Of a DNA stretch of 64,000 nucleotides, positions 10,700 to 20,400 are shown one piece after another. The first letter of the stretch is position 1; every line of letters starts with the position of its first letter. Both the position numbers and the translations under genes were made by a program. The DNA comes from Myxococcales bacterium. Lineage in GTDB: Bacteria > Myxococcota_A > Bradymonadia > REDH01. The notes under the pieces are model-generated. The model was not told the origin of the DNA and did no database searches. It was given only the letters and a program-made list of their open reading frames with translations. The stretch is taken from contig CANMDT010000004.1 in NCBI GenBank assembly GCA_947496715.1, positions 2,703-66,702 of the forward strand, read 5' to 3'.

Positions 10700-12802
10700 T
10701 CAACGCGGCGGCGTGAGGCCGAGCTCTACGTAGGGATCGACGATCGTCGGAGTGCCGGTCTGCAACCAGCTGTCGAGGAAGCGGAGCCAGGCGTGCGCGC
10801 CCACGCCGCTGTCGCCGATGTTGTTGTGGGTCGCGGTCCGCCAGTCAGGCGTCTCGAGGCTGCCCTCGTTGACCCAGTCGAACTGAATAGTGCCGCCCGT
10901 CGTGCCCTCGGGGAGGTTGGCCTCCACAGGCAGCGCGGTGCCGGTCTCGAGGATGCCGATCGGGCGGAGAAGGGTGCCGAGATGGGGCAGGCCGAGCGCT
11001 CGCGCGAGCGCGAAGTTGGAGACGTTGGGCACGATGTCGTCATCGAGCACATGGGCGTTGAGGATGTGCACGGGAGCGCTGCCGTCGAGCCGCTGCGTGG
11101 AGATGAAGCGGGCGAAGCTCGCCGCATCTCCGCGGTCGATCGCGGTCTGGGCGAGGGGCCAGAAGCGGGCAACATCGTTGTCGTCGGAGCCCGATGGCTT
11201 GAGGAGGCTGATGAGGGGGCTGAAGGTCTCGGAGAACTGGAGGATATCGGTGACGCGGCCGCCGCCCACGACCAGCACGCCGGCCTTCACCTCGGGCGTG
11301 AGCGCCAAAAACTCCGGGCCCATGATGCCGCCGAGCGAGACGCCCAGGTAACTGATGTTATCGGTCGCGAGGTCGGCGGCTCCATCGCCGTCGGCATCTA
11401 CGCCGCTCTTGAGCAGCTCGATCAACGCCAGCTTGTCGTAGGCGGCCTGGCGCCAGTGATCCCGCAGCACGAGTGGCTCAAACCCCGAGCCGCCCAGGCC
11501 GAAGAACTCGATGAAGGCGGCGCCGCCGCCGCCGAGCGACGCGCGGGGATGCTCGCCGTGCGCGGGCGCGTCGATGGAGATGGTTGCGATGCCCTGCGGT
11601 GCCGCGAAGTCGGCCAGGCGGCCGGCCTGCTGTCGCTCGCCGTTGAGGCCGTGGCCGAAGATGATGGTGGGGTAGGGCGCTGTCGCGGCGACGTCGGGCA
11701 GGGGCAGGTAGATGGTGGCGAGCAAATCATAGGTGCCAAGCGGCGTTGCGTCGGCGTTGACCTCGATGACCTTCGCTGCGTTCCGGAAGTCATCGGCGAC
11801 GAAGCGCACCGTGCAGAGCCGAAAGAGAGGGCCCGTTTCGCAGCCGAGCCGCTCCGTGACGGCCCGCGGACGGGAGGCGATGGAGGCTGCGATGCGGATC
11901 GCCTCGTCTGTCACAGACTGGGTCGTGAATGCCACCACCGCCACCACCGCGTCGGCCGTTGTCAGCCCTGCTGCGACGGCAGCATCGCGGTGGCGGCGCA
12001 TCGCGGCGCCCTGCCCGCCGAGGAGCGCAGGGTCTGCACCTGCGAGCGCATCGCGGAGCACCGCCGGCGCTACGATGGGCGCTCCATCTTCACCCAGCAG
12101 GCCGCGGGTAACGACGATGGAGCACTCGGTCCGTTCCGGCAGCGGTATCATGGGCCGGAAGATGACGGTCGCATCCTCCGTGATGATTGTCTCGAAGGGG
12201 TAGGGGACGAGCCGCTCGGCGTTGCCCGCGTCGAGGCAGCCGAGCAGCATCGCACTCCCCGCGGCGGCGCTGGTCTCCCCTGTCGGGACCGTCTCGGCGC
12301 GGAGCGGGTGGTTGAACTGCAGGTAGCCGCCGCCCGTGGTGCCGAATCCGTCGAGCGTCGAGAGCGCCGCGAAGAGAGGACGGAAGCTACGGGGGGTGTT
12401 GGCCACGAAGATGTTCGTCTCGGCGGTCAGCTGCACCCGCCGACCGGTCGCTGTGGTGTTGTCTGCGACTGTGTAGAGGTCGTCCGGAAAGACGGTCAGC
12501 TCGTCGCCGAACGGGCGGTAGAGCAGCGTCGGCGCGGTGGAGCAGTCTTCGGGGCATGCGGCTTCGGACTCGCTGGTTGCGCAGGCGCCGTCGCCGCAGT
12601 TAGCGCCGCCGGAACCCTCACCGGAGCCGCTGCCTGAAGCATCACTGGAGCCGGCGTCGTCCGTCGCGTCCGCGCTGCCCGCGCCGCTGCCAGCGGCGTC
12701 AAGACCGGTATCGGAGGCTGCAGTGGTGGTGTCATCTCCGCAGGCGGAGACAACAAAGAGACAGGGGAGGAGACAGCGAGCTGAGAGCCAGTTCGAGCGC
12801 AT
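10700..12802 (-). CDS. secreted lipoprotein, alpha/beta-hydrolase fold; tandem paralog of 8439..10571
   Basis: Lipobox FVVSACG (start at ATG 12802, MRSNWLS; track start 12859 is also possible), acidic GS/D linker, GVSLGG elbow. Similar layout to upstream paralog. Confidence 0.8.
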   Translation of the reverse strand: MRSNWLSARCLLPCLFVVSACGDDTTTAASDTGLDAAGSGAGSADATDDAGSSDASGSGSGEGSGGANCGDGACATSESEAACPEDCSTAPTLLYRPFGDELTVFPDDLYTVADNTTATGRRVQLTAETNIFVANTPRSFRPLFAALSTLDGFGTTGGGYLQFNHPLRAETVPTGETSAAAGSAMLLGCLDAGNAERLVPYPFETIITEDATVIFRPMIPLPERTECSIVVTRGLLGEDGAPIVAPAVLRDALAGADPALLGGQGAAMRRHRDAAVAAGLTTADAVVAVVAFTTQSVTDEAIRIAASIASRPRAVTERLGCETGPLFRLCTVRFVADDFRNAAKVIEVNADATPLGTYDLLATIYLPLPDVAATAPYPTIIFGHGLNGERQQAGRLADFAAPQGIATISIDAPAHGEHPRASLGGGGAAFIEFFGLGGSGFEPLVLRDHWRQAAYDKLALIELLKSGVDADGDGAADLATDNISYLGVSLGGIMGPEFLALTPEVKAGVLVVGGGRVTDILQFSETFSPLISLLKPSGSDDNDVARFWPLAQTAIDRGDAASFARFISTQRLDGSAPVHILNAHVLDDDIVPNVSNFALARALGLPHLGTLLRPIGILETGTALPVEANLPEGTTGGTIQFDWVNEGSLETPDWRTATHNNIGDSGVGAHAWLRFLDSWLQTGTPTIVDPYVELGLTPPR

Positions 12803-12855
12803 GGTGGCTCCGGGTGCGAGGTGTGACCGAACGGTACGCCTCGCGATCTGCCTCT

Positions 12856-13857
12856 TCAAGTTTCATCGCGTTCCGCCGGTACGGCACCCTTGGTCGCGAT
12901 GAGCGACCAGGTGATGGAGATGGCAAGCGCAGAGACGATGAAAGCGAGCGAGAGGAGCGGGCTGATGTGGATCTCCTCGATACCCAGCTGCTCTCGGGCG
13001 AAGGTCTGCACGCTGGCAAACTCACCCCCATACTCCACGATCATCTTCGCGCCGACGAAGCAGAGGACGGCCGAGATGCCATACTTCACGTAGGCAAACC
13101 GGTCTACGGCGGCCGCGAGCAGGAAGAACATGGAGCGCAGGCCAAGGATGGCGAAGATGTTGGAGGTGAAGACCAGGAAGGGGTCCTTGGTCACGCCGAA
13201 GACCGCCGGAATCGAGTCGAGTGCGAAGACGACGTCGGTGAACTCGACGAGGATGAGGGTCATAAACAGGGGTGTCGCCACCCACTTGCCGGTGTCCTCC
13301 TCCTTCCAGAAAAAGCGGTGGCCGCGGAGGATGGGGGTGGAGGGTATGAAGCGCTGCAGGAGCCGCACCCAGCGCTGCGTGTCGGCGCCATCATCCGCGC
13401 CCTCCGATTTGAAGAGCAGTTTGCCGCCAGTGTAGAGCAGGAAGACGCCGAAGATGCCAATCAGCCAGTGGAACTGATTGAGGAGCGCCGCTCCTGCGAA
13501 GATCATGATGGCGCGCAGGATAAGCGCCGAGAGGATGCCCCAGAAGAGCACGCGGTGCTGCAGGGCCGGGGGAATCTTCATCGCCGAGAAGATGAGGATG
13601 AAGACGAACATGTTGTCCATCGAGAGCGACTGCTCGATGAGGTAGCCGGCCAGGAACTCGGTGCCGTACTGGTGGCCCTCAAAGTGCCAGAGGATGCCGC
13701 CAAAGATAAAGGCAAGCGACATCCAGACGGCTGTCCAACCCGCGGCCTCCTTGGCCCCCACGCGATGGGACTCCTTGTGGAAGAGGCCGAGGTCGATGGC
13801 GAGCATGACAAAGATGAAGGTGAGGAAGCCTCCCCACATCCAAGGCGTAACGTTCAT
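12856..13857 (-). CDS. TerC/Alx-family integral membrane protein
   Basis: MNVTPWMWGGF..VMLAIDL N-terminus typical of TerC/Alx, multiple TM helices. Alternative start 13875. Confidence 0.85.
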   Translation of the reverse strand: MNVTPWMWGGFLTFIFVMLAIDLGLFHKESHRVGAKEAAGWTAVWMSLAFIFGGILWHFEGHQYGTEFLAGYLIEQSLSMDNMFVFILIFSAMKIPPALQHRVLFWGILSALILRAIMIFAGAALLNQFHWLIGIFGVFLLYTGGKLLFKSEGADDGADTQRWVRLLQRFIPSTPILRGHRFFWKEEDTGKWVATPLFMTLILVEFTDVVFALDSIPAVFGVTKDPFLVFTSNIFAILGLRSMFFLLAAAVDRFAYVKYGISAVLCFVGAKMIVEYGGEFASVQTFAREQLGIEEIHISPLLSLAFIVSALAISITWSLIATKGAVPAERDET

Positions 13858-14051
13858 CGCGGGCGAAGCAATCATGGGAACACGGGGGGCAGAGGAGAGA
13901 GAGTGAGAGGTCTAGTCGGCAGCAGAGGGGCACGCACCTTTTTTGGCCTGCAACCGGTGCCAATGGGGGGACGGGATCCGGCCCACCGGGGCAGGGCGCG
14001 TCGATGGCAGTCGCCGTTCGCGGCCAAACTCTTGATTCTCGACGGGCGAAG

Positions 14052-14519
14052 ATGCAAGAGGCGAGCATGGCCGAACTTTTTCCATCCGAGCGACTCCGAA
14101 CCCGCCTCCGCCAGGCCCAACTGCGGGGCACCTCTGCTCGGCTCGGAGTGCTGGCGGTGCTGGAGCAGACAAGCGGCCCGAAGACCCACCTCGAGGTCTA
14201 CGCGTTGCTCGCCCACACCGGCCTCGACCGCGCTACGGTCTACCGCAACCTCGTCATCCTAGCCGAACAGGGCTTCGCCTCCCGTACCGACCTGGGCGAT
14301 CACGTGTGGCGTTTCGAGCTTCTCGATGAGGGTGGTCACGAAGGGCCCCGCCATGCCCATTATGTCTGTACCGACTGCGGCGAGGTCTCGTGCATGAGGG
14401 AGGTGGAGGTGGAGATGGTCTCTCCGCCCACCCGTCCTGGAGCGCCGGGCAAAGTCTCCGAGATTCTTTTCAAGGGAGTGTGCGACAAATGCGACAACCA
14501 ACCTTCGGTTCTCGGCTAA
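14052..14519 (+). CDS. Fur-family metalloregulator (Fur/Zur/PerR-like)
   Basis: Winged-helix N-terminus, HAHYVCTDCGE and C-terminal CDKC metal sites. ~155 aa from ATG 14052 (alternative ATG 14067). Confidence 0.8.
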   Translation: MQEASMAELFPSERLRTRLRQAQLRGTSARLGVLAVLEQTSGPKTHLEVYALLAHTGLDRATVYRNLVILAEQGFASRTDLGDHVWRFELLDEGGHEGPRHAHYVCTDCGEVSCMREVEVEMVSPPTRPGAPGKVSEILFKGVCDKCDNQPSVLG

Positions 14520-15370
14520 GCCTCCTCGCCCGGTTCGGTCTCTCTTTCAGTCTTCTTCTCGGCCTCGGCTGCGAAGAGGATGCACCGAGCGAGGACGCGA
14601 CCGAGCCTGTCGCGACTGAGCCTATCACCATCCGCTTTGCGGCCGTCGTCGGCGAACTGCCGTGGCGCTGCGGGCAACTCTATCAGAATCTGGGGAGCAC
14701 AGCGGCGAGTGTACAGCCGCAAGACCTCCGCTTCTTCACCCACGGGTTCGAGTTGGTCCGCGCCGATGGCTCTACCTCGCCAATGCTGCTGGACGACGTG
14801 CCGAACTGGCAGGCAAAGCAGAACGCTCTGCTCGACTTCGAAGACGGCGCCGGCAAGTGCGACACGGGGACCCCGGATACGCGGGCAGAGGTGACCGGGA
14901 AGGTCGAGCCGGGCGACTACGTCGGCCTTCGCTTCTCGGTCGGTGTCTCCTTCGCCGAGAACCACAAGAATGCAGCGGTTGCTCCTGCGCCGCTCGCCCA
15001 GAGCGCGCTCAGCTGGAACTGGCAGCAGGGCTACATCTTCCTCCGCTTTGAGGGCGGCACACCGGCAGGTCGCTACGAGGTACACATGGGCAGTACAGGT
15101 TGCGCTGGCACAACAGGCAACATCACCAGCTGCGCCCGCCCCGACCGACCGGTTGTGTCGTTCGCCGCCTTCGATCCCGCCACGCAGACCGTCATCTTCG
15201 ATGTGAAGCAGCTGCTCGCCGACTCCGATCTCACCCGCAACGCCGGAGACAGCATCGGTTGTGCCTCTGCCGCCTCGGACCCCGACTGCGAAGGACCCTT
15301 CGGTCATCTCGGTCTCGACCTTGCGACTGGCGCGGTGGTGGAGGGACAGGATGTCTTCCGTGCGGAGTAG
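14489..15370 (+). CDS. MbnP-like / 'metallo-mystery pair' Cys-motif periplasmic lipoprotein
   Basis: Lipobox LLLGLGCE. Multiple conserved Cys (WRCGQ, GKCDTG, GCAGTTGNITSC, GCASAASDPDC) and conserved Trp (WNWQQGY). Immediately precedes and overlaps a di-haem peroxidase gene by 20 nt. Overlaps fur-family gene by 31 nt. Confidence 0.7.
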   Translation: MRQPTFGSRLSLLARFGLSFSLLLGLGCEEDAPSEDATEPVATEPITIRFAAVVGELPWRCGQLYQNLGSTAASVQPQDLRFFTHGFELVRADGSTSPMLLDDVPNWQAKQNALLDFEDGAGKCDTGTPDTRAEVTGKVEPGDYVGLRFSVGVSFAENHKNAAVAPAPLAQSALSWNWQQGYIFLRFEGGTPAGRYEVHMGSTGCAGTTGNITSCARPDRPVVSFAAFDPATQTVIFDVKQLLADSDLTRNAGDSIGCASAASDPDCEGPFGHLGLDLATGAVVEGQDVFRAE

Positions 15371-16517
15371 GCTCGGCGTGTTGGTCATGTTGTTCCTCCT
15401 CGCGGCATGCAACGAGGGGGCGAGCGACGAGGGGGCGGGCGAAGCTGGAGCCAGGAGCTGGGTTCCCGACGGGTTCCCGGCTCCTGTCGTGCCTGCGGAC
15501 AATCCCATGACCGACGAGAAGGTCGATCTCGGCCGTCACCTCTTTTACGAGAAGCAGCTCAGCTACAACGGCACGCAGTCCTGCGGCTCCTGCCACCAGC
15601 AGGCGCTCGGCTTTGCGGACGGCCTGCCGCAAGCGGTGGGTTCCACAGGTGAGGTCCACCCGAGGAACGCCATGGGGCTCACCAACGTGGCCTACGCGCA
15701 GCGGCTCGGCTGGGGTCATCCTACGCTAAACCTGCTCGAGCAGCAGGCACTCGGACCCATCTTCGGCGAGGATCCGGTTGAGATGGGGATGAGGTCGCAC
15801 GAGGCGGAACTCACCGCGCGGCTCGCTGCTCGGCCGCTCTACGTGTCGAAGTTTGCCGCGGCCTTCCCTGGCGAGGCTGCTCCCATCACGCTCGACAACG
15901 CGCTCAAGGCGATCGCGAGCTTCGAGCGGACACTCATTTCTGCCGACTCTCGGTACGACCAGTTTGTCGCCGGCGACGAAGCAGCCATGAATGCCTCCGA
16001 AAAGCGGGGCATGGATCTCTACTTCGACGAAGTGACCGAGTGCTTCCACTGCCACGGCGGCTTCAACTTCTCGGACGCCACCGACTTCGCCGGAAGCGTC
16101 TCTGCGACGCCTGCCTTTCACAACACCGGACTCTACAACCTCAACGGTTCCGGCGACTACCCGAGCCGCAACGGCGGTATCTTCGAGATCACGGGCAATC
16201 GGGAGCAGATGGGGCAGTTCCGGGCACCAACGCTGCGGAACATCGCCGAGTCGGGGCCCTACATGCATGACGGAAGCGTTGCGGACCTCGAGGGGGTCAT
16301 CGACCATTACGCAGCAGGCGGTCGCACCATCGAGAGCGGGCCCAACGCGGGGGCGGGCTACCTCAACCCCTACAAGGATGGCTTCATTCGGGGCTTCGCC
16401 ATCTCGGATCAGGGCAAGGCCGACCTGGTTGCCTTCCTTAAGGCGCTGAGTGATGAGTCCTTTCTCACCAACCCGGCCTTTTCGGATCCCTTCGCAGCAG
16501 AGGGTTCGGCGCAATGA
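15351..16517 (+). CDS. MbnH-like di-haem cytochrome c peroxidase family lipoprotein
   Basis: Two CxxCH haem motifs (CGSCH, CFHCH). Lipobox LLAAC. GGAGGG SD 5 nt upstream of ATG 15351. Confidence 0.85.
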   Translation: MSSVRSRLGVLVMLFLLAACNEGASDEGAGEAGARSWVPDGFPAPVVPADNPMTDEKVDLGRHLFYEKQLSYNGTQSCGSCHQQALGFADGLPQAVGSTGEVHPRNAMGLTNVAYAQRLGWGHPTLNLLEQQALGPIFGEDPVEMGMRSHEAELTARLAARPLYVSKFAAAFPGEAAPITLDNALKAIASFERTLISADSRYDQFVAGDEAAMNASEKRGMDLYFDEVTECFHCHGGFNFSDATDFAGSVSATPAFHNTGLYNLNGSGDYPSRNGGIFEITGNREQMGQFRAPTLRNIAESGPYMHDGSVADLEGVIDHYAAGGRTIESGPNAGAGYLNPYKDGFIRGFAISDQGKADLVAFLKALSDESFLTNPAFSDPFAAEGSAQ

Positions 16518-17254
16518 GGGTGGCCCGTTTGCGCCTGCTCGGGGTGCTGTTCCTGGCGGCTTGTGAGGAGGCGGCCGAGGCCCCGGAGGCACCCCCAGTG
16601 GCAGACCTCTTCGTGGCGCACGCACCGCTAGACGCCCCGCCGGTGGTGGTGAACGACCTCGGCTACCGCGTTGAACTCGACCGCTGGGTGACGGTATCGG
16701 CAAGCATCGAGCTGCGGCCCTGCGAAGCATCGGCCGCGCTCTTCTGGCGGCTCGTCGGCGGAACGGCTGCTGCCCATGTCACCCCGACCCTCTATCGTGC
16801 GGGTGGGTCGGCGCAGCCCCGTGACCTGCTCGGTGCCGGCGCAGCGACCCTCTTCGGGCAGCTCACGCCGCCGGCCGGTGACTACTGCCAGGTGCGCTAT
16901 GCTTCGAGCCCGGCCGACGCAGACATCGAAGGGTCGGGAGGCGGCGCCTCGCTGCTCGGCAAGAGCATGGTCATCTCGGGCCGCTATACGCCCCCTGGCG
17001 GTGAGGCTTCGGTCCCCTTCTCGCTGGCGACGACGCTTGGAACCCGCGTGGACCTGCCGGAGATCGCCGCGACATCCGAAGCGCCGCTCTTCACGCTTCG
17101 CTCGGGCGAACAGCTCACCGTGACGGTAACGCTCGACCCCGCGGCGATGTTCGACGGCATCGACTTCGCGCTGCAGGGGCCTGCCCAGGTGGAGAGCCAA
17201 CTGGTCTTTAACCTTGCGCGCGGCATGCAGCTGGCGCTGGTGGCGGCGCCCTAG
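16514..17254 (+). CDS. lipoprotein of unknown function, third gene of the MbnP/MbnH-like operon
   Basis: Lipobox FLAAC. ATGA overlap with upstream stop. High GC3. Confidence 0.6.
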   Translation: MRVARLRLLGVLFLAACEEAAEAPEAPPVADLFVAHAPLDAPPVVVNDLGYRVELDRWVTVSASIELRPCEASAALFWRLVGGTAAAHVTPTLYRAGGSAQPRDLLGAGAATLFGQLTPPAGDYCQVRYASSPADADIEGSGGGASLLGKSMVISGRYTPPGGEASVPFSLATTLGTRVDLPEIAATSEAPLFTLRSGEQLTVTVTLDPAAMFDGIDFALQGPAQVESQLVFNLARGMQLALVAAP

Positions 17255-17285
17255 GGTCAGGGTACGCACCGGATTTGTGGCGAAT

Positions 17286-17309
17286 CGCGCTTCAGAATTC
17301 TGACGCGAG
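17286..17309 (+). promoter_or_regulatory. imperfect 24-bp palindrome centred on GAATTC (cgcgcttcaGAATTCtgacgcgag), followed by GC hairpin 17330-17350
   Basis: 20/24 symmetric positions. Lies between the mbnPH-like operon end and LVIVD lipoprotein start. Confidence 0.3.
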
Positions 17310-17457
17310 ATGAAGGTCGGTTGGCTGTCGCGCCGGTCTCTTGGCGGCGCCTGCAGTAGCGACGGGGGCTGGCGTGGGCGATTGTCGCCGATCGGTTGAC
17401 TGGCACGGGATTTGCTCTATCTCTCGCGACACCCACGCATCCCTCCGGAGTTCTCCC

Positions 17458-20400
17458 ATGTATGCTCCCCTCGACCGTTTCAAGCTGCTCGGCGGCTCAC
17501 TCCTCGCGCTCCTCCTCGCACTCACTGCTGGCTGTGCCTCCGACTCCGCAGATGCGCCCATCGTCAACGACGAAGATTCGCTGGGCTCCGGCGCAGACTT
17601 TGTGCGGAACCCTTCCAGCTTCGTCTCCGCGGAGGGCGCGGCCGGCGACCAGGCAGCCAACCGGGGCGATGAGTCCCTCGATGCCGGCACCGGCGCCCCA
17701 ACGGATGACGCTGGCGGCGGGACCACCCGGACGGTCGAGGAGGGCGACATCTACCGCGTCCTTGCCGACCAGAAGATCCTCAACCTCAACAGCTATCGCG
17801 GCCTGCAGGTCATCGACATCGCGAATCTTGAGGAGCCCACCGTCATCTCCCGACTGCCCATCACCGGCACCCCCGTCGAGATGTATGTCGTCGGCGACCG
17901 CGCCTTCGTGCTCATGAACAACTGGCGGGGCTACTACGGCAACCGGAGCGATATCCGTGTCGAGACGCAGGAGGGCGGCCTCGTCCTCTCCGTCGATCTC
18001 TCCGACCCGCTCAACCCGGTCGAGCTCGGCCGCGCCTTCGTCCCCGGCTTCATCCAGACGAGCCGGCTGACCCGTGAAGGCGATGTCGCCGCGCTCTATG
18101 TGGCCGCCAACGAGTACGGGAACTTCGACCAGCCCGACGGCACCGTTCAGTGGGAAAACCGGACAGTTCTCAAGAGCTTCGATGTGAGCGGCGCAGCCAT
18201 CATCCCGAAGTCGGAACTCAACCTCGGCGGTTATGTCGCTGCACTGCAGGCGACCACGGAGGCCCTCCTCGTTTCGCGCTTCTCATGGACGGGCTCGTCG
18301 CCGAATAGCACCGTCTCGGTCGTCGACATCTCCGACCCGGCCGGCAACATGATCGCCGGCGACGAGGTCGAGGTCTCGGGCCAGGTCTGGAACAAGTATA
18401 ACATGGACCTCTACGAGGGCGTGCTGCGTGTTGTCTCGGGTCGCACCTGGGGCGGTGGGACCAACGCCAACCATGTGCAGACCTGGAACGCTACTGACCT
18501 CGGCAACCTCACGCCCATCGATGAGGCCACCTTCGGCGATGGCCAGCAGCTGTTTGCCACCCTTTTCCTTGGCAACAAGGCCTTCTTCGTCACCTACCTG
18601 CGGGTCGACCCCTTCCACGCCTTCGAAGTCGCGCCAGATGGCATGATTACCGAGCGCGCGGAGTACATTGTCTCCGGCTGGAACAACTACTTCCGCCCCG
18701 TCTTCAATGACAGCCGCCTCATCGGCATCGGCATGAACGACGTGGGCGGCACGACGATGGCCGTCAGCCTCTACGACATCGACGACCTCAGCAACCCGGA
18801 GCCGCTGATCAGTCGCGACGAGGTCTCTGCGAACAACAGCTGGTCGGAGGCGGTCTGGGATGACCGCGCCTTCTCGGTCCTCGAGGATGTTGTCTCCGTG
18901 GAGGGCTCGGGCGGCGTCACCGAGACCGGCCTCGTCCTACTCCCCTACTCGGGCTGGGATTCGGCCTACACCACCTACCAGTCGGCGGTGCAGATCTTCA
19001 CCTTCTCGAACAACACGCTCACCCGCCGCGGTGTCATGAACGAGGGCAACCCCGTTCGTCGCTCCTTCCTCGCCGCGAATGACACTACTGCCAACCTCGG
19101 CGAAGAGGAGCTCTCGACCTACGACACCTCCGATCCGAACAACCCTGCCGAGCTCGGCCGCGTGGAGCTGGCTCCGAACGCGACAGGCTCGCTGGTCTTC
19201 GGCGACTACGGCGTCCGCCTCATCGACAACGGCGCGGCCTCCTGGTGGTATGCCAGCCGCGGCGTCCGTCCTGATGCCCGCGTGGAGATCGTGCCGCTGT
19301 CGGCCGGCATCGACCTCGGTGCCGCAGTTGCCACGCTCGACGTGCCCTCGGGCGCGCAGCTCGAGCGTGTCGGCAACCTCATGGTTGTTGTCTCGGCCGC
19401 CTACGAGAGCCTGCCAGAGTACCCCTACTACAGCACGACGACCACGCTGAAGGCCTTCGATCTGGCTGACCCGACTGCGCCCCTCGCGCTCGGCACGCTC
19501 GAGACCGACGCCATCCCCGCCGACACCTACGGCGGCTACTACGGTGGCCCCGGCATGGTCGATTGCATGGACTGCGGTCGCGGCTGGTACGGCACCTCCC
19601 TCCTCAGCCGCACCCATGCCACCTCCAAGGCGCTCACCTTCGTCCGCTCCACGCAGGAGCAGGAGTCGCTCGGCATGGTCCACACCTGCAACAGCTACCC
19701 CACCGCCACCGCGTCGCCCGGCTGCAGCTCCGAAGACCTCGCCTCCTGCGAGTGGCTCTCTGGCGGCCGCACCTGCAACACCAATGAGGCCGGCGAGACC
19801 GTCTGCACCGGCGCCTACTACCGCTGCGGCTACGACGCCGACAGCTCGTACAGTTGCACCGAGGTCGAGGCCGCCGAGGTGGCCGTCTCGACCAGCTGCT
19901 ACGACAACGAGCAGTTCCGCTACTGGAACCGCTACCGGGCCTTCGTGGTCAACTTCGAGCAGCCCTCCAACCCCGTGCTTGAGCCGGTCCTTGAGATGTC
20001 GTCCGGCGAAGAGGGCGTGGCCACCGTCGCCGAGGGCGACACGCTCTACTACTCCTTCAAGGTTCCCTACGACGTCGAGGGCGACCCCCGTCCCTACGCG
20101 CGCTACTTCTTTCGCACGCTCGACCTCTCGCAGCCCTCTGAGCCCCTGCTGTCGGCCGGTGTGAATGTTCCCGGCCAGGTCCTCGATATCTCGGGCGACT
20201 ACCTCTTCACGCAGGACACCGTCTACGGCGACGCCATCATCGAGACCTCTCTCGCCCGCGTCCGCCTGTTCGAAGGCAGCGCCTATCTCATGAACCGGCT
20301 CCGGCTCCCCGACCAGCAGGTAGAGGCCGTGCAGCTCGACGGCCGCGGCAACCTGCTGGTCAGCCACCGCGACTCCTGGTGGAGCACTGTCACCTCGGGC

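Noticed and set aside
13858-14051. Possible yybP-ykoY (Mn2+) riboswitch in the TerC/Alx leader
   Set aside because: I scanned the minus-strand leader and found a 30-nt pyrimidine tract and no SD. The hallmark GGGGAGUA-type conserved loops are absent, so it is not called. A covariance-model (RF00080) scan would settle it
10658-14262. Long + strand ORFs 10658..12637 and 12814..14262 and 13872..14216(-)
   Set aside because: Antisense or mis-frame to the alpha/beta-hydrolase and TerC genes. Arg/Gly/Asp-rich composition typical of high-GC frame artefacts
18937-20367. 476-aa minus-strand ORF inside the LVIVD gene
   Set aside because: Antisense to a well-supported coding frame. Gly/Ala/Arg-rich
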